Virus record (IMG/VR): IMGVR_UViG_3300044640_001367
Coordinates: 1 to 64,000 of that record
DNA length: 64,000 nt
Source of the DNA: an uncultured virus (IMG/VR IMGVR_UViG_3300044640_001367)
Lineage: Duplodnaviria; Heunggongvirae; Uroviricota; Caudoviricetes
Direction: 5' to 3' (one strand)
Both the position numbers and the translations under genes were made by a program. Below the pieces are notes generated by a model, which worked only from the letters and a program-made list of their open reading frames with translations, ran no database searches and was not told the origin of the DNA. Within the stretch, counting starts at the first letter, position 1, and each line of letters begins with the position of its first letter. Positions 27,351 to 37,899 of this stretch are shown one piece after another.

Positions 27351-29927
27351 ATGAGTTTAATTAACATATATAACGAACGATACGGATCCGCTGTTGCTAC
27401 TAATGGCAGTATAATAGCAATAGGAAACCCACCAACTAAAAACTGGGATTATTCAGAGGGGTTTTCTCGCAAAGGTCAAATATTTTTAATTCGTAAAAAT
27501 CAATTTCAATCAAATTATGAAGTAATTAAAACTTTAGTAAACGAAAATTTAAATTTGTTTACCCCATATTATACCGAACAAAGTAGTAGTATGGTAAATA
27601 CAAGTTCTTTAATCGCTAATAGCGGTAGTTTACCAAACATAGATTCATCCTGCAGTTATTTAACAATTGAAGATCAAAGTAGATTTGTTTATCAAAGCAA
27701 ATATGGAGAATCTTTAGATGTTAGTGATTATTTTCTCGCAGCGAGTGATATTTCACTAAGTCAAAGTCTTGATACTAGACATTTCTTCACACAAAATCAA
27801 GTAAATATATACGAAATAGACCCAAACTATATATATGAAAACGGACGTATAACAGATAAATCTAATGAGTTTACTAAAGAAACTACAAGTACTTATCAAA
27901 TAAGCTCAACTCCAATTGCTTATTTAACATCATCCATAAATTCTCAATTTGGCAAATCTGTTAGTATTTCAAACAATTATTTAGCGGTCGGCGCGCCTGG
28001 CTATAATAATGGTAGAGGATGCGTTTATGTTTTTAAGAATGTAAATAATAACTACGATTTGGTACAAAAATTAAGTAGTAGTATTATTTTAGACCCATAT
28101 CAATCGTCGTTTGGATTTAGTGTTTGTATAGACAAATATAGTGAAGATAAGTTGGTGGTTGGGTCTAACCAAGTATCAGCTAGCAAAGTATTTTTATTTA
28201 CATCTGGATCCGGCGGTTGGCATCTATCTCAGAGATTCCAAAATATAACAGGATCTGAATATTTGAAATTGGAAGGTTTTGAATTTGATTTATATCCATC
28301 TGGAAGTTTGTCGGCCGCTCAGAAAAAAAATAGATTTGGTTATTCTGTATCTTTACATAAAAATGTTTTAACCGTGGGTTCGCCCAATGATCTTTTATAC
28401 TATGAATATTCAGGATCTACGACACTGAGACAAAGAGGAGCGACTTATATTTATGAAAACGGACTGTGTCCAACAGGATCCAATCAGTATCTGTTTATTA
28501 AAAAACTTTACGGTGATGAAATAACTTTCAAAGATAATATGATGGGATATTCAGTTTCGACTCACAATAATAAAGTGTTAATTGGTTCGCCTAAACCATA
28601 TTTCCCATTTAGTTCGCTTTATATTTCTAGTTCAGTTAAATATTACGATAAATTCTATGATGTAAATGATTATGGAGAATCAAGTTATTGCGGTCAGTGT
28701 TTATATTACAATGTTAGCAATTCCGTCGTAACACCGATTACCACAGATCCTATTGCCAAACGAAAAGAGTATAATAAACCATTTAGCGCATTTGGATATT
28801 CAGTAGCTTTATCAGAACCAAATTTGATAGTTGGATCCCCAATTCCACTAAATAACGATTTGTATTTAAGCATTCCATTGATAACCGAATCGGGTAGTTA
28901 TAATGATCCAAGTTATATAAATACATCATCATTTAATCCTGAGAACTGTACTGAATCGGCTGATGTTGTATATTTTCAAATAGAAGATACGGTTTATGGT
29001 AGTGGTAGCATCAAAGCAAAAATTGCATTGCAGATGGAGTCTGATACATACACTGACATCGTTGGTAAAGCTTATATATACGATAGTTCTGACTTAAAGA
29101 CAAATTATCCAGTTGGCAATATTTTTTATAACAATAATAGTTTGATTTTGAATAATACAGGTAGCGTATTGAATCTATTAACAAGAGATCCTGTCGATCC
29201 AAATCAACCATCTTTGTATATGGATTACAGAACACTCATAACATCTTATGAGAAACAATATATTTGCACAATAATACCTGGTGAATTTAATATATCCACT
29301 AATCCTACATCTACAACTTCATCTCTTATAAATTATTGTGTATTTAACAAAAGCACATTTAACTTTGAAAATTTGGACATCATTTTAAGATATATAAACT
29401 ACAAGAATACTGTCCCAGGTTCTGAAAAGTGGTATTTGAATATGATATCCAATGATGTAGAACAGAATATCTTTGGGTTTTATACATCATCTTATTCAGA
29501 CTACAATACAAATCTATTAACCCCAACTTTAAAAAATCTATTAGCCGAAAAGAATTTGGACATAGACAGTAATGGTAGAGTGGATGTTAACGATGGTAAA
29601 ATGATGTGGAAGTATTTCATCGAAAAATTAAATTTCACTAACTATAAATCTTATTTGTCCACATTAAGTAATCGTAATAATTATGATGATATCATTAGAT
29701 TCTTAGACAATCAAACAGGTAAATCAATTAAGAATTATGTCAAACAACCATTTTTCAATTATCAATATAGTTCATCAATTGATCCAACGGGATCTTATTT
29801 AGCGCCATATATAACCACCGTCGGATTATACAGTGGATGTGATCTGGTCGCAGTAGCTAAATTAGCACACCCAATTAAAAATACGGGTGAAATTCCAATA
29901 AATATTTCTGTTAAATGGGATACTTAA
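27351..29927 (+). CDS. FG-GAP beta-propeller virion protein with tail-collar-like C-terminus
   Basis: Seven [FYM]G.S[VL]....[LI].[VI]G.P-type blades, an EF-hand-like DIDSNGRVDVNDG loop, and a C-terminal PYITTVGLY...LVAVAKL motif. Confidence 0.8.
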   Translation: MSLINIYNERYGSAVATNGSIIAIGNPPTKNWDYSEGFSRKGQIFLIRKNQFQSNYEVIKTLVNENLNLFTPYYTEQSSSMVNTSSLIANSGSLPNIDSSCSYLTIEDQSRFVYQSKYGESLDVSDYFLAASDISLSQSLDTRHFFTQNQVNIYEIDPNYIYENGRITDKSNEFTKETTSTYQISSTPIAYLTSSINSQFGKSVSISNNYLAVGAPGYNNGRGCVYVFKNVNNNYDLVQKLSSSIILDPYQSSFGFSVCIDKYSEDKLVVGSNQVSASKVFLFTSGSGGWHLSQRFQNITGSEYLKLEGFEFDLYPSGSLSAAQKKNRFGYSVSLHKNVLTVGSPNDLLYYEYSGSTTLRQRGATYIYENGLCPTGSNQYLFIKKLYGDEITFKDNMMGYSVSTHNNKVLIGSPKPYFPFSSLYISSSVKYYDKFYDVNDYGESSYCGQCLYYNVSNSVVTPITTDPIAKRKEYNKPFSAFGYSVALSEPNLIVGSPIPLNNDLYLSIPLITESGSYNDPSYINTSSFNPENCTESADVVYFQIEDTVYGSGSIKAKIALQMESDTYTDIVGKAYIYDSSDLKTNYPVGNIFYNNNSLILNNTGSVLNLLTRDPVDPNQPSLYMDYRTLITSYEKQYICTIIPGEFNISTNPTSTTSSLINYCVFNKSTFNFENLDIILRYINYKNTVPGSEKWYLNMISNDVEQNIFGFYTSSYSDYNTNLLTPTLKNLLAEKNLDIDSNGRVDVNDGKMMWKYFIEKLNFTNYKSYLSTLSNRNNYDDIIRFLDNQTGKSIKNYVKQPFFNYQYSSSIDPTGSYLAPYITTVGLYSGCDLVAVAKLAHPIKNTGEIPINISVKWDT

Positions 29928-29956
29928 TTATATTTATTATATAATAAAACAAATAT

Positions 29957-30265
29957 ATGGCAACATCACCAGACGCAAAAGTAATCGACCGTGAATCATT
30001 AAAGACCAGCTTGGAAGCTAGATTTCTAGCCAAACAAAAAGCTGGCGGTACGTTTAATGCATATAAAGCTACAAGATTTATACCAGGTGGTACTATGTTG
30101 GATGGATTACAAGGAGAAATGGGTTATTCACAAAAATCTCGCAAATATACAGTTAATCCAGGATTTCTTACATCAATCGACAATCAAGAAGTAAATTTTA
30201 ATAAAGAAGCGTTGAATTACGTTGACACCTTGCCAGGATTTAATACGAAACGATATTTCCGTTGA
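29957..30265 (+). CDS. Hypothetical protein, 102 aa
   Basis: ORF preceded by TATTTATT (29931-29938). Confidence 0.65.
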   Translation: MATSPDAKVIDRESLKTSLEARFLAKQKAGGTFNAYKATRFIPGGTMLDGLQGEMGYSQKSRKYTVNPGFLTSIDNQEVNFNKEALNYVDTLPGFNTKRYFR

Positions 30266-30277
30266 TATGTATTTTAA

Positions 30278-30790
30278 ATGGTTATATTAGGTTTAGATTC
30301 ATCTACATCAGTTACAGGGTGGGCATTTAGTAAAGACGGAAACGTCTTAGATGCTGGCTATATAGATACAAAAAAGTTTGAAACTACAAAAGAAAAAACT
30401 TACTTTGTTATATCCGAATTGGAAAAAAATCAGTTAATTAAAGATGTTACCGACATTAATTTAGAAGCTGCTCTTAGTGGTTTTGCCGGCGGATTTACAT
30501 CACAACAAGTTATTATCACATTAGCCCGTCACAATGCAGTGTTTGCTTACATTATCGAAGAACACTTCAAAATCAAAGTAAATTTATTGTCTGTTAACAC
30601 TATACGCAAACAGTTGTTTGGCAAGTGTAGAATTAAAGGGGTTAAATCAAAAGATTTTGTGAAAATAGAACTCGAAAAGATATTACCTGCTGTTACCAAA
30701 TTTACTGTATTAAATAAAAAAGGCAATTGGGATGCACGAAATGGTGATATGTACGATGGAATAGTTTGTTCTTTATATAAAAAGTTGTAA
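30278..30790 (+). CDS. ruvC: RuvC-like Holliday junction resolvase
   Basis: ILGLDSSTSVTGWA, catalytic E in NLEAAL, and C-terminal DMYDGI give the RNase H/RuvC acidic set. Confidence 0.8.
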   Translation: MVILGLDSSTSVTGWAFSKDGNVLDAGYIDTKKFETTKEKTYFVISELEKNQLIKDVTDINLEAALSGFAGGFTSQQVIITLARHNAVFAYIIEEHFKIKVNLLSVNTIRKQLFGKCRIKGVKSKDFVKIELEKILPAVTKFTVLNKKGNWDARNGDMYDGIVCSLYKKL

Positions 30791-30812
30791 ATCGAAAAAT
30801 CTGTGTTATAGT
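30785..30812 (+). promoter_or_regulatory. sigma70-like promoter of the primase operon
   Basis: TTGTAA, 16-nt spacer, TG-extended TATAGT. The ATG at 30820 lies 7 nt downstream, suggesting a leaderless transcript. Confidence 0.5.
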
Positions 30813-30819
30813 GTTTAAA

Positions 30820-31731
30820 ATGACTGTGGTTGACACTTTATCAAGATTATTTAAACAAAAGGTTCGCGTCCAAAAGGGAGGTGAAGAAATTATTGTTTTT
30901 TGTCCCAACTGCAAACATCATAAACGGAAGTTAAATATAAACACCAAAACTGGGTTTTATCAATGTTGGGTCTGTAATTTTAGTGGGAAAAGTTTTTATA
31001 GTCTTCTTAAAAAAGTAAAAGCCTCTAAAGAATATTATGACATTTTGTGTAAAGATGCGCCAAAACGAAATGACTTTGTAGTAAAAGAAGAAAAAAAGAT
31101 ACTAAATTTACCCGATGAATTTAAACCTTTATGTAAATCAAATAGTGATATTGAATATAAACGTGCTTTAAGTTATTGTTTAAATCGAAACATAACTACA
31201 CTTGATATAGTTAGATATAATATTGGATATTGTAATAGTGGTGCATTTATTAATAGGGTTATTATACCATCATATGACTCAGTGGGAAAACTTAACTTTT
31301 ACTGCGGTAGATCATTTTGTGATGGTTATCTAAAATATAGATTATGTGATGGTAGCAAGGATATTATAGGATTTGAGTTATTTACAGATTTTAATCAACC
31401 GATTACATTGGTTGAAGGCGTATTTGATGCTATGTCCGTAAAATATAATGCGATACCCCTTTTTGGTAAAACTTTATCCAAAACACTCAGAATGAAGTTG
31501 ATAGAAAATAAACCACCCAGAGTAAATGTACTGTTGGATAACGACGCGTTAACATCGAGTCTGAGAATTTGTGATTTTTTACTTGAGAATAATATAGAAA
31601 CTTATTTGATTCGGCCTGATGGTAAGGATCCAAATGAATTAGGTCACGAAAAGACTTGGCAAACCATACACAGCGGTGTTAGAATGGATGAGAGTCTACT
31701 ATATAAATTTAAATTAATGGTTAAACTATGA
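30820..31731 (+). CDS. dnaG: DNA primase (Zn finger + Toprim)
   Basis: CPNCKH...QCWVC zinc ribbon, RVIIPSYD, LVEGVFDA, LLDND and KDPNE motifs. ATG 30820 preferred over GTG 30811. Confidence 0.9.
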   Translation: MTVVDTLSRLFKQKVRVQKGGEEIIVFCPNCKHHKRKLNINTKTGFYQCWVCNFSGKSFYSLLKKVKASKEYYDILCKDAPKRNDFVVKEEKKILNLPDEFKPLCKSNSDIEYKRALSYCLNRNITTLDIVRYNIGYCNSGAFINRVIIPSYDSVGKLNFYCGRSFCDGYLKYRLCDGSKDIIGFELFTDFNQPITLVEGVFDAMSVKYNAIPLFGKTLSKTLRMKLIENKPPRVNVLLDNDALTSSLRICDFLLENNIETYLIRPDGKDPNELGHEKTWQTIHSGVRMDESLLYKFKLMVKL

Positions 31732-34700
31732 TTGTATTAAAACGCACGGATAAAAAAATTAATTCAGTGATTCATATTGCTGATATTCATATTCGTTTAA
31801 CAAAACGTCACGATGAGTATACTTTGGTATTTGAGAAGCTCTATAAAGCGTTGGACAAAGCAAAAACATTAGACGCTATTCTGGTAATTGCTGGAGATTT
31901 GTTTCACAATAAATCCGATCTAAGTCCTGAGTGTGTCAAACTAGGAAGTGATTTTCTAAAAAGTTGTGCTGATAGAGTTCCTGTAATTTTGACAGCTGGA
32001 AATCACGATGCTACTCTTGCTAATAAATCCAGATTAGATTGTATTACACCAATTGTTGATGCGTTAAATCATCCCAATTTATATTATCTAAAAAAGACAG
32101 ATGTTTATCGTTACGAAAATATTTTGTTTAATAATCTCAGTGTTTTTGATTGGGATGCGCCTGAAAAATATATTAAATATACGGACATTCCAACTAAATA
32201 TCGTGACGAAACAGATCACCACATCGCTTTGTTTCACGGACCAGTATATAATGCTGTAACCGACATTGGTTATACGGTTAATAATAGATCCGTTACAAAT
32301 GAAACATTTAATGGACATCATATTGCTATGCTTGGTGATATTCATAAACATCAAATGTTACAAGAGTACAACGAAGATGAATCATTACCCGTTATTGTGT
32401 ATGCTGGATCTATGATTCAACAAAATCACGGTGAAGACCTCAAAGGACACGGATTACTTATATGGAATCTAAATCATAAGACTTATAAGCATTATGAACT
32501 TGTAAATGAATATGGGTATTATACGGTTGAAGTAGATAAAGGCAAGTTAATTACCGATATTTCTGATATTCCTAAAAAAGTTACTCTTCGAATCATTTGT
32601 CGTGAATCTATTCCGTCACAGGTAAAAGAGGTTGTAAATGATCTCAAGTGTAAATCTACTCTCATTGAAACTACATATGTTAGAGCAGATGATGCGTTAA
32701 ATGATATAAATTTAAATTCAGGTAAATCATTTGATATACATAATATTTTCGATGTTGATTATCAAAACAAGTTAATTGAAGATAATTTGATATCTAAAAA
32801 CATTGATAAATCTGTAATTGAGATGGTAAAGGATCTCAATAAGACTATCAATAAAGAAGTACCCAAAGATAAAGCTCCCAAGAACATTCGGTGGAAACCA
32901 AAGAAATTTGAGTTTGATAATATGTTCAGTTACGGCGAAGGAAATGTAATTGATTTTGCTAAATTGAATGGTACTATTGGACTATTTGCACCAAATGCTA
33001 GTGGTAAATCGAGTATTATGGATGCATTGGCGTTTTGTATATTTGACAAATTCAGCAAAGGGTACAAAGCTGTTCACGTATTAAATACTCAGAAAATGAG
33101 TTTTCGTTGTAAGTTTAATTTTGAAGTAAACGGAATTGATTATTTCATCCAACGTGAAGGTAAGGCTGATAAAAAAGGAAATGTTAAAGTAGAAGTTAAA
33201 TTCTATAAGATGGAGAATGGAAATGAATCTCCTTTGAACGGCGAAGCTCGGCGTAGTACTAATGACATCATTAGAGATTATGTTGGTACATATGAAGACT
33301 TTATTCTTACTGTACTGAGTATTCAAAACAGCAAAGTTGGATCATTTATCGACTTGGGTCAAACAGAACGCAAAGATCTTTTATGTCAGTTTATGGGATT
33401 GGATGTATTCGACCAACTTTATACAATTGCAAATGATAAGTTTAAGGAAACAAATATATTATTAAAGAATATTAGCAAAGATCAACTTATTCAGGAATTA
33501 GAAGTTGTATCTGGTAGTATAGATTATAATAATACTAAAATCACAGAGTATAATGAAGAAATAAAGAAACACGAATTGTTGAAAGAGTCCCATAACAATA
33601 TGTTACTGGAACTGTCTAATAATATCACCAAAACAGTAAGTTTTGATTTTAATATTTCAGACTTGGAAAGTGATAAGATTAAGATTGAAAGTCAGATTGA
33701 ACAGACTAATGTTAATGTCAAAAATCAAAAAGATAAATTGAAAGACATTGAAGTAAAGATTTCAGCATTATCTTTTTCACTATCAAACTGTGAAAACATT
33801 GATCAAGATTATGATAGTTACAAACAGGTCAAACAAAATTTTGATAATAAAACCAATGAATTGAATAATCTCAAGATCGTTGTAAAAAATAAAATGGACA
33901 AATTAAAAAAATTAGAGGATCATAAATACGATCCAAATTGTTCATATTGTGTTAATAACGTATTCGTAAAAGATGCAATTAAAGTTAAAGCTGAATTAGA
34001 TAATGATAAGTCTAAAGCCAAAATTATTTTTGATGAATACAATGCATTAAAGTTGGCTTTGGATGGGTGTGGTGACGTGGAATCCAAATTCAAAGAATGT
34101 CAGAAGATAAATCTAGAAAAAGTAAATTTTGACAAAACTAGAAGTATAATTTCAAATACAATTCTTAAATTAGAAAATGATCTAATTAAAATTCAAGCTA
34201 CGGTCAAAAGTGTAACTGATAATATTAATATTTTTTATACAAATAAAGATATTATTGAAAATAATAATACCACATTGAAAGAAATAGGGGTTCAAAAAGA
34301 TATAATTAAAAACCTAGACACAAATATTAAGTCTATTAATTCAAAGTTGTTTTCATCTTCCACTGAAAAAGGAAGACTTGAATTGCAATATAAAAATGTA
34401 ACCGATCAGTTACAAAAAGTAAAAGACCTTGAATCTAGTTATGAATCTTTTAAACATTACACAACTGTTGTTAGTCGTGACGGCATTCCATATGAAATCA
34501 TAACTAAAACTCTACCGGAAATTGAAAAAGAAGTTAATAACATTCTTCAACAGTTGGTCGAATTTACAATTACACTCCAAACTGATGGTAAGAACATTAT
34601 GACTAATATCGTATATGATGATCGTCAGTGGCCTCTTGAAATGGCTAGTGGTATGGAGAAGTTTGTGAGTGGTCTAGCCATTAGAGTCGCATTGATTAAT

Positions 34701-34919
34701 ATTAGCAATTTACCAAGACCAAATATCATTTGTATCGACGAAGGTTTCGGATGTGCTGACAGTGATCATTTGGGTCAAATGGGTGCGTTATTTAACTATT
34801 TAAAACATCAATTTGATTTTATTTGGGTAATCAGTCATTTGGATCAAATGCGTGATATGGTTGATAATCAAATAGAAATAAAAAAAGATAATGGGTTTAG
34901 TAAAGTAGTATATATTTAA
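31728..34919 (+). CDS. Fused Mre11/SbcD nuclease - Rad50/SbcC ATPase (gp47-gp46 fusion)
   Basis: Phosphoesterase motifs ADIH, GDLFH, GNHD, FHG and GDIH. Then Walker A APNASGKSS, coiled coil with CSYC hook, ASGMEKF signature, IDEGFG Walker B and ISH. Confidence 0.93.
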   Translation: MIVLKRTDKKINSVIHIADIHIRLTKRHDEYTLVFEKLYKALDKAKTLDAILVIAGDLFHNKSDLSPECVKLGSDFLKSCADRVPVILTAGNHDATLANKSRLDCITPIVDALNHPNLYYLKKTDVYRYENILFNNLSVFDWDAPEKYIKYTDIPTKYRDETDHHIALFHGPVYNAVTDIGYTVNNRSVTNETFNGHHIAMLGDIHKHQMLQEYNEDESLPVIVYAGSMIQQNHGEDLKGHGLLIWNLNHKTYKHYELVNEYGYYTVEVDKGKLITDISDIPKKVTLRIICRESIPSQVKEVVNDLKCKSTLIETTYVRADDALNDINLNSGKSFDIHNIFDVDYQNKLIEDNLISKNIDKSVIEMVKDLNKTINKEVPKDKAPKNIRWKPKKFEFDNMFSYGEGNVIDFAKLNGTIGLFAPNASGKSSIMDALAFCIFDKFSKGYKAVHVLNTQKMSFRCKFNFEVNGIDYFIQREGKADKKGNVKVEVKFYKMENGNESPLNGEARRSTNDIIRDYVGTYEDFILTVLSIQNSKVGSFIDLGQTERKDLLCQFMGLDVFDQLYTIANDKFKETNILLKNISKDQLIQELEVVSGSIDYNNTKITEYNEEIKKHELLKESHNNMLLELSNNITKTVSFDFNISDLESDKIKIESQIEQTNVNVKNQKDKLKDIEVKISALSFSLSNCENIDQDYDSYKQVKQNFDNKTNELNNLKIVVKNKMDKLKKLEDHKYDPNCSYCVNNVFVKDAIKVKAELDNDKSKAKIIFDEYNALKLALDGCGDVESKFKECQKINLEKVNFDKTRSIISNTILKLENDLIKIQATVKSVTDNINIFYTNKDIIENNNTTLKEIGVQKDIIKNLDTNIKSINSKLFSSSTEKGRLELQYKNVTDQLQKVKDLESSYESFKHYTTVVSRDGIPYEIITKTLPEIEKEVNNILQQLVEFTITLQTDGKNIMTNIVYDDRQWPLEMASGMEKFVSGLAIRVALINISNLPRPNIICIDEGFGCADSDHLGQMGALFNYLKHQFDFIWVISHLDQMRDMVDNQIEIKKDNGFSKVVYI

Positions 34920-34920
34920 T

Positions 34921-35883
34921 ATGTCATTATCAGATACAATTTATCTAGAAAAATTCGGAAATATAACTATTGAAATTTCGGAAGATGGATTATTTCAAAC
35001 TATAAGTGATATCAATACTAATTGCGAATTCTTAATAACAATTAGAAGTTTAGATTCCAATCTCATATCACATTTATTGTACCATCATTGCACAGTCGGT
35101 TATGATTTGTGGACGTATGAACGTCGTTTATTTTTCATAAAAGATGTATTTAATAAAACTCATCCTGGTTTTTCCATAGAAATAACCGACGTAAATAATA
35201 ATAATCTTTTGTTTAGTAAAAATTATCACGGATCTAAAAAGTTTAGATGTTTAGATTTAAAATCTAAAGATGGCGATGTTACATATCAACCATATCATAC
35301 TTTTTTTAATGATGATTATTTTTTAGATAATTTCAAAATAAAAGATAACGATATTGTTTATGATTTAGGAGCTAACATAGGATCATTCTCAATTGCGTGC
35401 TCTAATTATAATGTTAAAAAAATATATGCATTTGAACCACATCCAGAGATTTTTGGATATTTGAATTATAACTTAGATAAGTATGGAAAAAATGTAACGA
35501 CATTTAATAATGCAATCGATGGTACTTTTAAAAAAGTAAAATTTGGTACTACAGAATGGACGGTAGGATCCAAGATTAGTGATACAGGTACATTTGAAGT
35601 GGATGCTATTAATTTAGAAAAATTTGTAGCAAATAATAACTTGGAATTACCAACATATTTTAAAATTGATATTGAAGGAGCTGAATATACATTTTTTGAA
35701 AGTACGAGCAACGAATTTTTTAAAAATGTCCATAGTATATTTTTTGAATTTCATTACAACGATGGTATAAATGTTCCAAAGATAATTAATAGATTTAAAA
35801 ATTTAGGATATAAATTGATTCACAAAGAAAATGCTTTGGATCATAATCTATCACATATGAATGCGATCTATCTCAACAAGTAA
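34921..35883 (+). CDS. FkbM-family SAM-dependent methyltransferase
   Basis: YDLGANIGSFS, YAFEPHP and FKIDIEGAE motifs. Confidence 0.9.
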   Translation: MSLSDTIYLEKFGNITIEISEDGLFQTISDINTNCEFLITIRSLDSNLISHLLYHHCTVGYDLWTYERRLFFIKDVFNKTHPGFSIEITDVNNNNLLFSKNYHGSKKFRCLDLKSKDGDVTYQPYHTFFNDDYFLDNFKIKDNDIVYDLGANIGSFSIACSNYNVKKIYAFEPHPEIFGYLNYNLDKYGKNVTTFNNAIDGTFKKVKFGTTEWTVGSKISDTGTFEVDAINLEKFVANNNLELPTYFKIDIEGAEYTFFESTSNEFFKNVHSIFFEFHYNDGINVPKIINRFKNLGYKLIHKENALDHNLSHMNAIYLNK

Positions 35884-35886
35884 ATT

Positions 35887-37899
35887 ATGAAAAAAATATT
35901 GTTTATAGCGCCACATCTTTCCACTGGCGGATTGCCTCAGTTTTTGTTAAAAAAGATACAATCATTGATAAATGATTATGAAATATATTGTGTGGAATAT
36001 GATGATATTACGGGAGGGGTTTTGGTTGTACAACGAAAACAACTTCAAAAAATATGCGGAGGAAGATTTTACACACTCTCGTCAAACAAGTTTGAATTAT
36101 TTAAACTAATAGATGACATAAAGCCTGATATTATTCATCTTGAAGAAATGCCAGAGTATTTTATGGATGTTAATTTAGCGACTAAATTGTATAATAAAGA
36201 TAGAGAATATCTGATCGTTGAAACATCACACGATAGCAGCTTTGATCCTAAGAAAAAAAGAGTTTTTCCAGATCAGTTTACTTTTGTAAGTAATTATCAA
36301 AAACAAAATCTTGAATCGTTAAATGTAAACACGGCGGTTATTGAGTATCCAATTGCAGTTAAACGTAGAAAAAATAGAACGGAGGGACTAAACTTTTTGG
36401 GATTGGATGAAACTAAAAAACATGTATTGCATGTCGGATTATTTACGCCACGGAAAAATCAAAAAGAATTTGTAGAATACGCTCGAGCAATGGAAAATGA
36501 AAACGTTCAATTTCATTGTTTGGGTAATATGGCCGACAACTTTAAAACATATTGGCAGCCTATATTAGAAAATTTACCATCCAACGTAAAAGTCTGGGGT
36601 GAAAGAAAAGATGTAGAGAACTTCTATAGTTGTATGGATTTGTTTTTATTCACTAGTAGAGGACACGCTACCGATAAAGAAACAGCTCCAATTGTAATTA
36701 AAGAAGCTATCTCTTATAATATACCATCGCTATTATATAATTTGCCTGTTTATCTCAACCGATATAATGTGTTTGAAAATATAAAGTATTTGGATGAAAC
36801 CAATTTTAACCGCAATGTAAAACTTATAAAAAATAAATTGGGGATGAATTCAGATTTGGAAGTGGTTAATTTAATTTCTAACAAAACATCAAGTAAAGAT
36901 ACAGTAGTTATTATATCAACGCATCCAAATTTTAAAGCTGTTGAAGATACGACACTAGAATCAATTAATCAAGCTAAAAAAGCTGGGTATAAAGTATTAT
37001 TGTCATCACATTATCCAGCTAGTGTGAATTTACAAAAAGCAGCTGATCACTATGTTTATGATGCAAATAATCCTATTTTAAAACACAACTTCTATAATAG
37101 GTGGACATACGATTTAAATAACACTAAAATTAGTTTATACTTTCCACCATCGGATTGTGACAACTATCATGGACTCGCTGTATTAATAAACTATTATAAC
37201 GGTATATCTCTAGCAAATAAAATTGGATATAAAAATGCAATTTGCTTTAATTATGATATGATTATTTCAGATTTAGATTTTTCAAAGTTATATGACGTTG
37301 ATGATATCCTGATTAATAAAAAAGCATTCTTTTTTTATGATAAAGCATTAGAGGGAGATACATTTAAGACAGTGTTCCATGGAATTAATACTCAATTCTT
37401 TTTGGAAAAATTCAAATATTATACGCCGGATGATTATATGGATTTTGTTACTAAAAAGAATATTTCAAATGGATTAGAACAATTTTATTATAACAAACTA
37501 ATTTCTTATAAAAATGATTTACACATAGATTATACAAACAACGAAGAAACTTATTTAAGTAATAGTAAGAATAATTTATTCTCGATGGTAGAATATCTAT
37601 CTGTACTGAGAATGAAGAATATAAATAAGTTTGGCGTTTTAACTTATATTAATAATAAAGTAGATGATAGAATAAATGAGATAATAATAAAAAAGAACGG
37701 AACAATGGAGAATTATCATACATACAATGTATCAGATAAAGTTTGCTTCTATTTAGCAAATGATTTTGAAAATGATAACTTTTACGAAATCGAAAACAAT
37801 CTATATGATCAAAATAAAATTTTGTTGAGGAGTTATAAAAAATCTTTTAGACGACTTGAGGATATAGATATTAACGGTTCTATTGATATTACACAATGA
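35887..37899 (+). CDS. Two-domain glycosyltransferase (GT4-like plus an uncharacterised second domain)
   Basis: HLSTGGLPQ, VGLFTPRKNQ and DLFLFTS...ETAPIVIKEA (GT-B). The C-terminal domain has VIISTHP, DHYVYD and NYD. Confidence 0.85.
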   Translation: MKKILFIAPHLSTGGLPQFLLKKIQSLINDYEIYCVEYDDITGGVLVVQRKQLQKICGGRFYTLSSNKFELFKLIDDIKPDIIHLEEMPEYFMDVNLATKLYNKDREYLIVETSHDSSFDPKKKRVFPDQFTFVSNYQKQNLESLNVNTAVIEYPIAVKRRKNRTEGLNFLGLDETKKHVLHVGLFTPRKNQKEFVEYARAMENENVQFHCLGNMADNFKTYWQPILENLPSNVKVWGERKDVENFYSCMDLFLFTSRGHATDKETAPIVIKEAISYNIPSLLYNLPVYLNRYNVFENIKYLDETNFNRNVKLIKNKLGMNSDLEVVNLISNKTSSKDTVVIISTHPNFKAVEDTTLESINQAKKAGYKVLLSSHYPASVNLQKAADHYVYDANNPILKHNFYNRWTYDLNNTKISLYFPPSDCDNYHGLAVLINYYNGISLANKIGYKNAICFNYDMIISDLDFSKLYDVDDILINKKAFFFYDKALEGDTFKTVFHGINTQFFLEKFKYYTPDDYMDFVTKKNISNGLEQFYYNKLISYKNDLHIDYTNNEETYLSNSKNNLFSMVEYLSVLRMKNINKFGVLTYINNKVDDRINEIIIKKNGTMENYHTYNVSDKVCFYLANDFENDNFYEIENNLYDQNKILLRSYKKSFRRLEDIDINGSIDITQ

